From Felis catus (taxonomy: Eukaryota): a stretch of DNA of 64,000 nucleotides. The stretch lies in assembly GCF_018350175.1 (NCBI RefSeq), contig NC_058373.1, positions 107,014,001-107,078,000 of the forward strand, in the 5' to 3' direction. The notes below the pieces were generated by a model. That model saw only the letters and a list, made by a program, of their open reading frames with translations, did not search any database and was not told the origin of the DNA. The first letter of the stretch is position 1, and every line of letters begins with the position of its first letter. Made by a program: the position numbers and the translations under genes. Shown here piece after piece: positions 23,641-37,979 of this stretch.

Positions 23641-24303
23641 GAGTTACAAGAGAAGCCCTGAAACAACAGGGAACACGTCAGGAAGACTATTCATTCCCCT
23701 TGTAACCTAGCAGTTTAAAAAAGTATTTTGCAGAACAGCAGGAACATCGATATTATCGTAACGTGAAAGTAAAAACCGCTAGAATCAATCATCAAAATAT
23801 ATTTTTGCATTCAGCGTTTTCAAAACTTCTTTAAAAGCAAGTATAAGAGTTCGAATGCATTTTCATTCAACAAACATTTTGAATGACTCATTTGTTTAGT
23901 TTCAAATAAAATGAACATTAACGTTTTTTGTCCAAATGCTGTGTTTAGGTAATTTATGCTCTTAGACTTTGTCAGCATATCCAAAGTGAAAAAGAGAGTG
24001 GAGTAAAACTAATTTAAGCGAATAAGCCCCCAAACTGCTTTAATTATTGGTATATTTCTGGTAAAGATATTTTTAATACCCAATGTTCTAAATAATTGTC
24101 TCAATTTACCAAAGCCTAAATTCACAGATTATTAAAATGAAAGAGAAATTTTCAGAGCTTTTTTTCGCTTAAGTGCCTCAGATTATATGCGCATAACTGA
24201 TTTTATTATACTGTGATGTAATGTTACTCATTAGTATTAATGATAGTAACCCATCAAAACTAATGTAAGTCTGATGATGTAAGAGATTTAGCAGCTTTAT
24301 TCT

Positions 24304-24515
24304 TTTTTTTTTCAACGTTTATTTATTTTTGGGACAGAGAGAGACAGAGCATGAACGGGGGAGGGGCAGAGAGAGAGGGAGACACAGAATCGGAAACAGG
24401 CTCCAGGCTCTGAGCCATCAGCCCAGAGCCTGATGCGGGGCTCGAACTCCCAGACCGCGAGATCATGACCTGGCTGAAGTCGGACGCTTAACCGACTGTG
24501 CCACCCAGGCGCCCC
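24304..24515 (-). mobile_element. Young felid SINEC
   Basis: TSD agcagctttattctt. Confidence 0.95.
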
Positions 24516-25784
24516 AAGCAGCTTTATTCTTATACTTGCTTATGATATATTTATTTGCTACCTTTTTAGGAAGGCATAAGAGCATAAATAGGAAGGCTAC
24601 AGTTATTTAGTCTTGCTTGCTATGATGGTCAAGAAAATTTGATAGGTCAGAAAAGTTGATTGAATTCAACTTAACAGTAGATTTTCTTATGAAAATTTGT
24701 GGAAACCTAGAAACACCACCTTACTGACACCTGAAAATCAATTTATTTGCATTTAAATTCACATCTATATATATCCTAATTACTCTCACGAAAATACAAC
24801 TGAGTTCTACTAAAATCACTACCACAGATCCCATTCCAAAAAATCCCTTCTGGACAGCAATAAAGATGAAGAAGTTCCAGTTACTGGAGACTTTTAAATA
24901 ACAAATTTTATTCTTCCTTCTATATCCCCCCAATGAAATACTGAACACCATTTGAAAAATTACAGACAGTTGACTCAGGTAAACATTTATCCTAACAAAT
25001 CATTTTCTGGGAAAGTACTCCTGTAAAAATCTCTCCCCACCTATTATTAGTGTCTTCCCCTTTGCTCCAAACATGCAAATCAGAATCTGAGGAAATTCTG
25101 TATTTAAACTTGGTCCCCATTCTAATTGTACTATATTCCTTTCCTTCCTTTTACTGCTAAATCTATCCAATAGAAAGCATGTCTCCTATTTACTATTGCT
25201 TTCCACTCCTTTCCCTATTGAGTTTTTAAACTCAACAGCTATCCCCATCACATTTAACTGCTTCTCAGATAATCAATAAAATGTTTTTATTCCAAATCTA
25301 ATGGTCTTTTCTCAGTCTTTCCCCTCCACCTATTTTTGGAACTCTGTTTTATATTTAGTCCTATTAAAATTCTCTGCAACCCCAAATTCCAGACACTACT
25401 CTCTTATAGTTCTCTACCTCTCCTTTTCTTTAACTCTACCCTTCTCTATATTCTTTTCTTTGGATCATTCATGCTAATGTCTTTAGTTATCATTTCTATG
25501 CTTAAAACTCCCAAACCTATATTTCCAGTCCTATCCTATTATCTGAGAGTTATATAAATATTTATATTTACATGCTTTTCCATCAGTCTTGGTTCAGTCT
25601 GATCCAAATCCAGAGTCATCTCTTCCTTTCCCTCTAATATCCCTGTCTCAGTAGCACAGTAAGTCTCCCCAAAATCAAGACATGGAAAGTTGGTATGTTA
25701 TACCAACTCATTACTCCCTTCATCTCTTATATTCACAGTCTTTGATGTATCCCTCATATATATCCAATCAACTCTATAAATGAT

Positions 25785-26283
25785 TTTTTAATATGAAATT
25801 TATTGTCAAATTGGTTTCCATACAACACCCAGTGCTCATCCCAACAGGTGCCCTCCTCAATGCCCATCACCCACCCTCCCTTCCCTCCTACCCCCCATCA
25901 ATCCTCAGTTTATTCTCAGTTTTTAAGAGTCTCTTATGGTTTGGCTCTCTCCCTCTCTAACTTTTCTTTTCCTTCCCCTCCCCCATGGTCTTCTGTTAAG
26001 TTTCTCATGATCCACATAAGAGTGAAAACATATGGTATCTGTCTTTGTCTGTATGGCTTATTTCACTTAGCATCACACTCTCCAGTTCCATCCACATTGC
26101 TACAAAGGGCCATATTTCATTCTTTCTCATTGCCAAGTAGTATTCCATTGTGTATATAAATCACAATTTCTTTATCTATTCATCAGTTGATGGACATTTA
26201 GGCTCTTTCCATAATTTGGCTATTGTTGAAAGTGCTGCTATAAACATTGGGGTACAAGTGCCCCCTACACATCAGCACTCCTG
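25785..26283 (-). mobile_element. Felid L1 3' fragment
   Basis: Reverse complement of the same family as 1261-1778; TSD tataaatgattttt. Confidence 0.9.
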
Positions 26284-26409
26284 TATAAATGATTTTTGTA
26301 GGCAGGCAGATATGGACTCAACTTCTGGTTCAATCATACTACTGGCAGGTTTCTAACCCAACATTAGTTTCCTCACATGTAGAGTGAAAATCAATAACTT
26401 CAACATCTT

Positions 26410-26502
26410 GGGGTGCATCATTGGCTCAGTCAGTACAGCATGCATCTCTTAATCTCGGAGTCATAAATTTGAGCCCCATGTTGAGTGTAGAGATTATTTT
26501 TT
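26410..26502 (+). mobile_element. Short tRNA-derived Can-SINE
   Basis: ggggtgc...tggctcagtcagtacagcatg...gagccccatgttg. Confidence 0.65.
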
Positions 26503-26759
26503 TAAGAACTCCAACACCTTGGCTTCTAAGATATAGTATTTACCTGATTTTTCTACTATTTCTAATAATTGATCTCTTCTTCCAGACTCATCCTCTTCTA
26601 CTTAATAATTAAATGTTATAAATTCCTTGGGTTCAGTCCTAGTCCTGCTCATTCTGTACTCTATATTTTAGTAATTCATCCCTGTACACAGCTTCCACCA
26701 CAACCACTATAGAGATGAATCACAAATGTATATCTCTAGCCCAGACCTCTAGTATCAAT

Positions 26760-27230
26760 CCACATCCTTAGTGGCAAACAACTGAAGGTGATCCTGGCTG
26801 ATTTAAGTAAAAACAGAATTTGGTCAAATTATAGTGCCTATCACAAAATCCCCAGAATAGGGGATTTAGACTCAGAGGCAACCTAGCAAGGATCAATGCC
26901 CAAACCCATCCCATGTAACTGCAGGCAAAGAAAACACAACCACAAACAAGCACTAAGGACAGCAGTTCACACCACTACCACCAGCACAAGATGTTTCTAT
27001 TACCTCTACTACCACAACTACCCTACAAACTTGATCTTATTTCAACTGCCACCACTGCCAGAGGGAATTCTTCCTAGGGCACACTTCTTTGTGTCACTTA
27101 ACTCCCAATTCAAAATTTGGGGTGGGTACATTTGATTTGGAGAAGCCTAGGCCACATGTTCCATCTCTTGTTTCCCTCAGACTGAAGGTAAAAATTCTCC
27201 AAACAAAAGTGGATTTAAATTCTGGGAAGT
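26760..27230. mobile_element. MLT1-like (MaLR) LTR remnant
   Basis: ggcaaacaactgaa...ctggctgatttaagtaaaaacagaattt terminal-type motif. Confidence 0.45.
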
Positions 27231-27299
27231 AAAAAAAAAAAAAAAAAAAAAACCAGAAACTTTCTGTGATACCTATCCTCTGAGTTCCAGATGCAAGTA

Positions 27300-27710
27300 T
27301 CTTAATTGCCTACATTATAAATCCAAACAACTCATGTTTTTCCCTCCACAAATGCTGGGCCTTTTTCATTATCTCTTCATAAATGTGACCAGCATCAATT
27401 TGTACATGCCATGAATCTAGGCATCATCCTTGACAGTCTTCCTCTCATATCATCCCCCATATCTAATCTATCACAAGCCCTATCAATTTTACCTCTTAAA
27501 TATCTTTTGAATCCATACATTTCTCTCCATCTCAATTGCCACCATTTTAGTCCAGGTTACCATCAATCTCTCACCTGGATTATTATAATAGCTTCTGGAC
27601 TAGTTTTGCTGCATATCTACCCTGGCCCTCTAGCCCATTTTTCATCTATCCTTTGATGGAGTGATTCTTAAATGCAAATATATTACTCTCTCTTTCTCTG
27701 TGTCTGTCGG

Positions 27711-27775
<65 letters not shown>

Positions 27776-28210
27776 GACACACACACACCCCTTAAAACAC
27801 TTCCATGGCAATGACTACCTACTGTTCTAAGGACAAAATTTTTATCATGGTTTATAAGATCCTTTATGGTCTTGTCCCTATTTATCTCTGCTTCATATTA
27901 TACCACCCCTATTCTCTTCCCTGCAAACCAGGCTTACAGGCCTTCTTTCAGTTCTTAACACTTTTCTTTCCAGACATTGCACTTGCTGGCTGCTCAGCCT
28001 GGAATGCTCTATCCTCCATTTAATAAACTCTTAATCCTTCAAATCTCAACTCAAGTATCATAGCCTCAATAATGTTCCTTATAAACCCTCAGAGTTCATG
28101 TATTTATCCTTCATAGTCTTTAACATGGTTATAATTCTATATTATTTGTGCAATTATTGTGTAAATATCTATCTCATCCTTTATACTGTAGGCTTCATGA
28201 GAACAGGCCC
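27300..28210 (+). mobile_element. L2 remnant containing a (CT)n(CA)n microsatellite at 27687-27787
   Basis: ggcatcatccttgac, catctctcacctggattat, gcctggaatgctct motifs. Confidence 0.6.
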
Positions 28211-28332
28211 AACCTTATCTGCCCCACAACCCCCAACACACACAAACACCTTGACAGTCACAATGAATAATTCCAATTCAATTGACACACAATTATAAAG
28301 TAATAAATGCCACCTCATTCTAAGAACAATCT

Positions 28333-28549
28333 TTTTTTTTTAAATTTTTTTTTCAACGTTTATTTATTTTTGGGACAGAGAGAGACAGAGCATGAACGGG
28401 GGAGGGGCAGAGACAGAGGGAGACACAGAATTGGAAACAGGCTCCAGGCCATCAGCCCAGAGCCTGACGCGGGGCTCGAACTCCCAGACTGCAAGATCGT
28501 GACCTGGCTGAAGTTGGACGCTTAACCGACTGCGCCACCCAGGCGCCCC
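28333..28549 (-). mobile_element. Young felid SINEC
   Basis: TSD taagaacaatcttt. Confidence 0.95.
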
Positions 28550-30006
28550 TAAGAACAATCTTTACAGGGAAAACACTCATAGAAGAGGAAGTGAAGCAAT
28601 GTGAATCTGCTAACATAAATTTATTTACATGAATGGCAATTAGATTAATGAAAAAAGCCAACAAGTTTAAAAGATGGTTTTCAAATATGCATGATGAAAT
28701 TTACATTTTAATATTAAATTTACATATTAATATCAATTAAAACAAACCCCTTTCCTTTGTTTCCTCATTTGATCCCCTGGCCACATTAGGTTTGTACTTT
28801 CATCACTTCCTTGAATTACCAAGTCAAAAAAATATGAGTAGTTATTTGACAACTCTGCTCTATTTTCTTGACAATAATCCTAATGCTAGTAGGTTTCCTT
28901 CTAAGTATGTGCAAACCATATTAGGCAAATGCAAACAAACACACAAATAGGCTTTTTTGTTCTTGTAGATCTTATAGGCATCATTTAATGTTAATTTGAC
29001 CCATTCATGTTTTATTGTTCACGTATCTTTGATTCTGTTTTTGGTGCAATCCTGTTTCCTTCAAGTATACCTACTTCTAAAGTCCTATTAAGCGGGATCT
29101 TAAATTTTAATTTACTTTCCCTATTTTATCGTTTGTCACATAACGCTTTAATTTTATTCCTTTTTTTACTCACCATTGTATGCCCAATAGCTAGCCAGTG
29201 CCGGACAAAAGATAGACACTGAACAGATACTTAATTAATAAATGAAAGAATGGGAAGTGGTCAAAAATGGTTATAATATTTCACATCTGGATTACTGTAA
29301 CAGACTGGGGACAACCTGTTCCTTTGATCTATCCTATATTCTTTCTATTCTATCCTACAACAATACTGACTTTTCTTACATCTGTGTCATTATGGTACCT
29401 GCCTAATTTGAAAGAAATTAATGATTAAATTTTACTCTGCTTTAATTGGAATGTCTGCACTATTTTAGGACTGTCTATAATTTGACCTCAACTTTATTTC
29501 CCAACAAAATCTCTCTATTTTTAGCAGCCCAATTCCCTCACTGATCCATGAAGATACTATAATTGTTTAAGCCTCCATGGATTTGTGTTCATTGTTCTGT
29601 CAGCTGGAAAATATCTTCTTCTTGACTCAATCTAGATCTATCCATTCTTCAGAGTTCAGGTCCCAACCTCCTCATAAAGCCTGACCTGACTATTATAAAT
29701 ATCCTTTTCTCTGAAGTCTATGGCTATTTCTCTAAAGTCTATGGCATTTTATGTAGTACTTAATTATGCAGTATGCTAAATACTGGGATTATAAAGCTGA
29801 AAAAGTTATTGCTCTTAAAAGCCTCACAACTGACAGTGGAGACCAATACTAATGGCTATGAATACTATAACAGAGATATACATATGTGATTGGTATGACA
29901 GTGACCTCAGTAACTTTTGTTAAAGTTGTGACCGCAGTAACTTTTAGTTCAGTCCGTCAGCAACTCTATATCAGTCACCATCCCCATAGGAAATAAAATC
30001 ACCCCA

Positions 30007-30478
30007 GGGGCACCTGGATGGCTCAGTCAGTGACCGACTCTTGATTTTGGCTCAGGTCATAATTTCGTGGTTCATAACATTGAGCCCCACATGGAGCTCT
30101 GTGCTGACAAGATGGAACCTACTTGGGATTCTCTCTTCCTCTTTCTCTGTCCCTCCCTGGCACTGGCACACATCCACACACAGGCATAAACATGCACTCA
30201 CCCTCTCTCTCTCAAAAATAAATTACTAAACAAACAAACATTTAAAAAATAACCCCAGATTGGGGCGCCTGAATGACTCAGTCAGTTAAGTGTCTGAATC
30301 TTGATTTCAGTTCAGGTCATGATCTCATGGTTCATGGGATCAAGTCCCCATCAGATTCTGTGCTGACAGCGTGGAGCTTGCTTGGGATTTTCCCTCTCCC
30401 TCTCTCTCTGCCCTTCCTCCCCCACCCTCTCTCTCTGCCCTTCCTCCCCTCCCCAAAATAAATAAACAAACTTTAAAA
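30007..30478 (+). mobile_element. Two tandem Can-SINEs (30007-30250, 30262-30478)
   Basis: Two heads and two A-tails in the same orientation. Confidence 0.88.
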
Positions 30479-30829
30479 GATCATCTCAGATGACTTAAGT
30501 GATAAGACTTTAATGAAGACACTACTTATACAGGTATGGGCAGAGGACAAAGTGTATGGTGTTTCATTCCTGGTCCTGAAGGTAATGATGTCTGGAAGCC
30601 TAAATTCCAGCAATGCGTGCCTGTGCAACACTCCAAAAGGTTATAGGGGGACCAATCCACAGCAAAGACCACAAAAGATCCAAAGAATACCAAATGTATC
30701 CCAAAGTTCCCATTTATCTCACCATAAAATCACATTTGCCCCATCCCCCACAGATTAAAAAATGCCATTTTAGAGAGACAGAGGAAATCTAAAAGATTTA
30801 GTATTTATCTGAAAAAGACTGAATTATCA

Positions 30830-31035
30830 GACACTTGGGTGGCTGAATCAGTTAAGCATCTGACTTTGGCTCAAGTCACCATCTCACTGTTCGTGAGTTG
30901 GAGCCTGCATCATGCTGTCTGCTGTCAGCAGAGACCCCCTTTCAGAAGTCACCATCTCCCTCTCTTTGCCCCTCCCCTGCTTGCCTGCATGCTCTCTCTT
31001 TCTCTCAAAAATAAGTAAAAAAAAATTTTTTTAAA
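30830..31035 (+). mobile_element. Can-SINE
   Basis: Typical body and tail. Confidence 0.85.
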
Positions 31036-31259
31036 GAAAAAGACTGAGTAATCTAAAAGAAACTTTTAAACTAGCCACAACTAAGATATTTCTTAGAAGT
31101 TTAAAGTTGTCCCCTGCATACCAACCCCGCCCCCGCCCCGCTTCTGGTTTCCAGTAGGGTACAAGATCACAAAACAGATTACATCAGTTTTAGAGAAACA
31201 GTCTCAGGATATTCAGGAGTCCTTCTTAGACAACAGAGCTCCTCTTTCTTAATAGAAAC

Positions 31260-31600
31260 CAATAACACTATGTATCTAGCTCCCACTAGCTCCTAGTCAT
31301 CTCAGGGATGGACATGTGACCAGGCCAAGAATGGCCTGGCCAATCACAGCACTCCATCTCTGGGGACAGTCTTTCTTTAAATATATGCAGATTGGTAGAA
31401 GGAAAATGTATGTCAAAGCTGATGGACTCCAAAAATCGTCTAAGGCTCGAGCTGCTGATAATCATCTTTCTCACCATATGGAAAAAACCTGCCCTATAAT
31501 GAAGGCAACACAGACAAAAGCAGAAGCAACATAGAGAGACGTCAACTACTTCTGGACTTTCAGTTGTATAAGTCAAGAGATTCCCTTTTTGTTCTTTTAA
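31260..31600. mobile_element. MLT1-like LTR remnant
   Basis: ggacatgtgacc...ggccaatcacagc; acttctggactttcagtt. Confidence 0.55.
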
Positions 31601-31666
31601 ATGCAGAAAAGTGGAGATGATAAAATTTCATGTCACCAAACATGTCATTTGAAAATTGATTGCATT

Positions 31667-31890
31667 GGGGTGCCTGGGTGGCTCAGTCGGTTAAGCGGCT
31701 GACTTCGGCTCCGGTCATGATCTCGCGGTCCATGGGTTTGAGCCCCGCATCGGGCTCTGTGCTGACAGCTCAGAGCCTGGAGACTGTTTCAGATTCTGTG
31801 TCTCCCTCTCTCTGACCCTCCCTTGTTCATGCTCTGTCTCTCCCTGTCTCAAAAATAAATAAAACGTTAAAAAAATTTTAAAAAATAAAA
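31667..31890 (+). mobile_element. Felid SINEC
   Basis: TSD aaaattgattgcat. Confidence 0.93.
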
Positions 31891-32717
31891 TAAAATTGAT
31901 TGCATCAAATTTCCAAGCATCAAAGTTCACCAAATTTTCTTTGTTTAGTCTCCATCAATTAATTATAATCACGCCATGTTTTAGTTTGTTTCATATTTGA
32001 TTGATGATTTCTTATACATATTTTGTTTTCCCTGGAGTTTCTAATTGCACTTCCCCCCACACCTCCATACCCCTGTCCCCATATAGAAAAGCATCATATG
32101 TCTTCCTCATTTTATCATTAAATCTCTCAGGCTCCTTACTAATTGTCAAATGCACTAGCATAATTTCTAAGCTCAGAGTAAGCACAAACACTCTACTTTG
32201 AGAGACCTATACCTTCCCAGGCTAATCAATCAATTTCATTACAGACTATTTCTTAGGCTTTGGTCTGAGTTCATTCACAGGAGTAGGAGGCGACAGGGCA
32301 GGTCAATTACCATGGCCTTGCTCTCGATAATTTTTCAAGCCATAACCTCATTTTCTGCTCCTCTTCCCCCTTCTAGTTATCTATATCTACCAACTCAGTG
32401 AGACTCAATGGAAAAACTTCCTCATTCATTTTAAACAATAGTAAACATTAATTATTGTACAGTGCTGGAATACAATGATGCCTTCAAAACCTACGGGATT
32501 GTATAGGACTTAAAACCTTTGCAATAATAACCTCAAACCATGATACTTTTTCAGTTCTCATGATCTGCTTTTCCTATATGAGGAATCTATAAAATCTTAT
32601 TGAATGACATAAAAGAATATTTGAAAAAATGACAGCCATTCCATGTACCTGAATGGGAATATTCAACGTCGTAAGGATGTGCTTTATCCCAAATTAATCT
32701 ATTTACATAATGCAATT

Positions 32718-33079
32718 TGCTGGAGGAGGTCATTAAGAGGACATGACCATTGGTTGACCTGTGAGCTAGACCCAGGCACTCAAAGGCTCCTCAGCCCCAC
32801 CCTATCCTTGGGATGCCTACCATTCCCACAATGGGAGTCATTTTCAAGGACATAGCCTTGAGAGAGTAAGGTGTTTTTGAGACAACCTGGACTTAACCTG
32901 ACTGAAACCAGTTAAGACCTCTATAAACTTTTAAGGTTTGACATGTGGGTGCAGAGATCTACTCATCTTGTGCCACCTAGATGAGTCTTGTAAGTTCCCT
33001 TGTTTATTAAGCCTGCCACCTACCAGTCTGAAGTGGTCTGCCTCTTTGTTTGGTCTCTCCTTGCCCTCTTGAACTAACA
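32718..33079 (+). repeat. 5' LTR of the ERV
   Basis: TG...CA ends. Shares 'cattaagaggacatg', 'ttttcaaggacatag' and 'gtaagttcccttg' with 40467-41096; followed by the PBS. Confidence 0.85.
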
Positions 33080-34425
33080 GTTGGTGAGCCAGCCAAAAAA
33101 CCAAAGAAATGGGCCTTGGGAAAGAGGCATCTGCAGGGGAAATTCCAAGTAGGCCATTGACTTCTAAGTGGGGAGGGGTGGCCCATATGTCAGATGCTTG
33201 TGGATCCCCACATAAGTACATAGACACCTCAAAAACACAAGCTGATTTCATGCATTTGAGAAATTCTGCACAGCAAACTGCAGGAAACAAGGGAAATAAA
33301 CAGCTGCCACAGTGAACTGGTTTCTGTTGTGGGTAGTTCAGCTGGCCACTGATGCCTACGGAAAGACTGTAAACTCAAGTTAGAAAGTTGGAAGAAAAAC
33401 TGAAGTTAGAGAAGTTGTCTTTACTCTGCTAGCTTTGGAGCTGGACCAGGTGGGAGAGCAGGATAATAAATTGGAGACTTTAGCATGCCATTTTGCAAAG
33501 CAAGGAGAGCACAAACTGCCACAGATTAAGATCCAAGTGCTCTCAGAGCCTGATTAGGGCGCCAAAAGGTAGAATTACTGGGAAAGTGAGGAAAGCAAAG
33601 GGGAGGATGTTGTGGTTATTGACAATGATACAGACAGAGCGCCCTATGCTGTCTGACCCCTAATAAAAAAATTTAATAGTAATTACCCTAGAATTTTGAA
33701 AATAGAAAATATGCCCCAAAACTCCTAGGAGAAAACTTGCTTTCCTTCTTTGTCCCTTGAGATTGTAAATTTATCATATTTGAAATATAAACAGCCCAAC
33801 AGATAACTAAAATGCTGCCCACAATTGACTGAGAGTGAGGAAGAAAAAGGGGGGAAAGAAGTTCTTGAAAATACAGAGTGCTGTAGAAGCACCCTTGCCC
33901 TGAATCTAGTCCACCAAAAGATTACTGGTAAAGGGCAGATACAAACTTTCTCCACAAATATTAATAAAAAGCTTTAGCCATGTGAGTGGGTAACCTTAAC
34001 TTACTCTGTCAGTCAGAGACACATTTGGGTTCAAATGTTCTATAAACTAGTGAGTTTTATATTGTTGTACCAACTCATGGATAAAGTTTTGGAATGAAAG
34101 CTATAGGGTCTCTGTTTGAATTTGTCTATATGTTTATGTATGTCTGTGGATATATGTTATGTATATGTGATGATTTTCTGCCTCCAGAGGGTATTGCCAA
34201 AATTAACCTGTAAAAGAGCTGTATGTAATTGGTTTAAAGAAAAATAAGCTTTAACATTAATTTTGTACTTACATAAAACTGAAACTTAATCTTCTTTCAT
34301 ATGCTAAAAGGACAATCTTTTCTTGGACTATTGATCTATTCTTGATGGAATTGTGAAATGTTTTTATCCTTTAAATAATCTGCTTAGAAAACAAAGATTC
34401 TGTGTTTTATCAAAATAATTTCCTA

Positions 34426-34675
34426 GGGGCGCCTGGGTGGCGCAGTCGGTTAAGCGTCCGACTTCAGCCAGGTCACGATCTCGCCGTTCGTGAGTTCGAG
34501 CCCCACATCGGGCTCTGGGCTGATGGCTCAGAGCCTGGAGCCTGTTTCTGATTCTGTGTCTCCCTCTCTCTCTGCCCCTCCCCGTTCATGCTCTGTCTCT
34601 CTCTGTCCCAAAAATAAATAAACGTTGAATAAAAAATTAAAAAAAGAAAAGAAAAGAAAAAAAATAAAAGAAAAA
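34426..34675 (+). mobile_element. Young felid SINEC inside the ERV
   Basis: TSD aaaataatttccta. Confidence 0.95.
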
Positions 34676-34805
34676 AAAATAATTTCCTATACTTCATGTC
34701 ATCTTTACTAGGTCTTTGATTACCTAAGAAAACTTAGTCTTCTCTACTAAAAGAGCTAAGTTATTTTTCCACCTATATAACTTTCTGCATTTGTCATTGA
34801 AGTCT

Positions 34806-35245
34806 CTTTTATTTATTAAAGTATAGCTGACACACAATATTAGCTTCAGCTCTACAACACAGTGATTTAAGTCTATATATTATTCTCTCTACCACCTGTC
34901 ATCATACAATGCTATCAACATACCATTCACGATATTCTCTATGCTCTGTCCCTGGGATTTATTCATTCCATAACTAGAAGCCTGTATCTCCCACTCCCTT
35001 TTGCCCATTTTGCCCATCTCCCACCCTACTCCCCTCTGGCAACTAGTTTGTTCTCTGTATTTATCAGTCTGTTTCTTCTTTTGTTTGTTTTTTTAGATTC
35101 TACATGTAAATGAAATCATATGATATTTGCCTTTCTTTTCCTGAGTTATTACACTTACATAAGCACCCTACAGGTCTATCCATGTTGTTACAAATAGCAA
35201 GATCTTCTTTTTTATGGCTGAGTAATATTCCATTGTGTGTGTGTA

Positions 35246-35325
<80 letters not shown>

Positions 35326-35355
35326 AAGCAATCTTCACTTCTTCCATACATTAGA

Positions 35356-35402
<47 letters not shown>

Positions 35403-36940
35403 CTTCTTTATCCATTCATCTATTGATGGACACTTGAGTTTCTTCCATATCTTGGCTATTGTAAATAATGCTGTTATAAATAGGATGCATATATCTTTTA
35501 AATTAGTGTTTTCATTTAATTTGGGTAAATACCTAGTAGTGGAATTACTGAATCATTACCCAGTAGTGGAATTACTGAATCATTAATTTTTTGAGGTATC
35601 TCTACATTGTTTTCCACAGTTGTTACACCAATTTACATTCCCACCAACAGTGAGTGCACAAGGGTTCATTTTTCTCCACATCCTTACCAACATTTGTTAT
35701 GTTTTGTCTTTTTGATACTAACCATCCTGACAGGTATAAGGTGATACCTCATTATGGTTCTGGTTTGCATTTCCCTGGTGATTAGGGATGCTGAGCATCC
35801 TTTCACATCTGTTGACCATCTGTATGGCTTTTGTATGTATGTATGTATGTATGTATGTATGTATGTATGTATTAAGAGAGACAGATAAAGAGCATGAGCA
35901 ATTGGAGGAGGGGCAAAGGGAGAGGGAGAGGGAGAGAGAGAATCCAATGTGGGGCTTTAGCTCATGACCTGAGCCAAAATCAAGAGTCAGATGTTTAACC
36001 CAGGTGCCCCCCTCTATCTGTATGTCTTCTTTAGAAAAATGTCTATTCAGTTGTTCTACCCCTTTTTTAATCAGGTGGGGTTTGGGCTTTTTTTAATCTT
36101 CAGTTGTATAAGCTCTCCATGTATTTTAGATAATAACCCCTTACCAGATATGCCATTTACAAATATCTTTTCCCATTCAGTAGGTTGCCTTTTCATTTTG
36201 TTGATGCCTTCCTTCATTGTACATAAGCTTTTTATTTTTATGTAGTCCCAACAGTTTATTTTTGCTTTTGCTTCCCTTGCCAGATGAGACATATCTAGAA
36301 AAAAATGGTGCCATGGACATGTCAAAGAAATTACTACCTATGTTTTCTTTTATGACTTTTATGGTTTCATGGCTTGCATTTACATCTTTAATTCATTTGA
36401 GTTTATTTTTTTGTGTGTGTATGAAAGTGCCCCAATTTCATTCTTTTGCATGTAGTTGTCCAGTTTTCCCAATACCATTTATTGAAGAGACTTTTTATCC
36501 ATTGTATACTGTTGTCTCCTTTGTCACAGATTATTTCTTTATCCTGTTCCATTGATCTATCTATGTGTCTATGTTTGTGCCAGTACCACACTGTTTTGAT
36601 TACTATGGCTTTGTAGTATATCTTGAAATCTGGGGTTGTGATACCTCCAGCTTTGTTCTTCTTTCTCAAGATTGCTTTGACTATCTATGGTCTTTTGTAG
36701 TTCCATACAAATTTTAGAACTATTTTTTCTAGTTTTATGAAAAATTCTGTTGGTATTTTGATAGGGAATGTATTGTACCTGTAGATTGTTTTGGGTAGCA
36801 TGGAAATTTTACCAATATTAATTCTTCTAATTCACGAGCATGGAATAAATTTCAATTTGTTTGCGTTGTCTTTTATTTGGTTCTCTATAGTTTTCAGAGT
36901 GTAGGTCTTTCACCTCCTCGGTTAAGTTTATTCCTAAGTA
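34806..36940 (-). mobile_element. Carnivore L1 (~2.1 kb 3' part) inside the ERV, with a SINE at ~35833-36012 and (TG)n(GA)n/(TA)n microsatellites
   Basis: Minus-strand ORF2 peptides [27 protein letters not shown] and KRQPTEWEKIF; TSD approx. atttg(tca/cct)ttgaagtct. Confidence 0.9.
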
Positions 36941-37045
36941 TTTGCCTTTGAAGTCTTTAATTGTCACTTTGGTTAAATGGGTAACTAAGTATTATATCAC
37001 AGTGACCTATGATCCTATTTAATCAAGAATTTTTAACTTTTTGAT

Positions 37046-37255
37046 GGGAACCTGGTGGCTCAGTTGGTTGAGTGTCCGACTCTTGGTTTTGGCTCAGGTC
37101 ATGATCTCACAGATTTGTGAGTTCAAGCCCCCATGGGGCTCTGCACTAGCAGTATGGAGCCTGCTTGGGATTCTCTTTTTCCCCTCTCTCTCTGCCCCTC
37201 CCCCACTTGTGTTGTCTCTGTTTCTCTCAAAATAAATAAATAAACTTAAAGAAAA
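37046..37255 (+). mobile_element. Can-SINE inside the ERV
   Basis: Typical head, body and tail. Confidence 0.9.
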
Positions 37256-37472
37256 AGAATTTTAAACTTTTTCATAGTTTGACAAACTTCCCCCAAATCA
37301 AATTTTAAATAAAGTTTTATTGACCTTGAGCTAACTTTGGGATTTTGCAAAGGGGCCCTAGAATATCTCAAAAGATGTGTTCTCTCTCCTTATAAAAAAG
37401 AGATATTAGACTAATCAGGATTATTTGTTATGTTAAATTACATGGAAAGCATTGTAAAAAAAAAGAAGTGAT

Positions 37473-37818
37473 GCTATTGCAACTATGTGGATAGAACTAG
37501 AAGGTATTATGCTAAGCGAAATTAGTCAGAGAAAGACAACTATCATATGACTTCACTCATATGAGGACTTTAAGACACAGAACAGATGAACACAAGGGAA
37601 GGGAAGCAAAAATAATATAAAAACAGAGAGGGGGACAAAACATAAGAGACTCTTAAATATGGAGAATAAACAGAGGGTTACTGGAGAGGTTGTGGGAGGG
37701 GGATGGGCTAAATGGGTAAGGGGCATTAAGGAATCTACTCCTGAAATCATTGTTGCACTATATGCTAACTAATTTGGATGTAAATTTTAAAAATAAATTA
37801 AATAAATAAATAAATAAA
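37473..37818 (+). mobile_element. L1 3' fragment inside the ERV
   Basis: TSD aaaaagaagtgatg. Confidence 0.88.
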
Positions 37819-37979
37819 AAGAAGTGATGGTAAACTTTAAGTTATTCCATATAAATACGTATTATTAATAGAAGTGTCCATGCAAAAGTGTTTCATCATC
37901 AAAGAGATTTACAGGAGACTCTGACAAGTACAGGTTTCTGATAACTAAGATCAATTTACTTTCATGTGGGAAGGGTAAT

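Noticed and set aside
35532..35585. 27-bp direct repeat (also short duplications near 470-500, 13740-13792 and 29901-29945)
   Set aside because: Local slippage duplications; not a spacer array or CRISPR-like structure.
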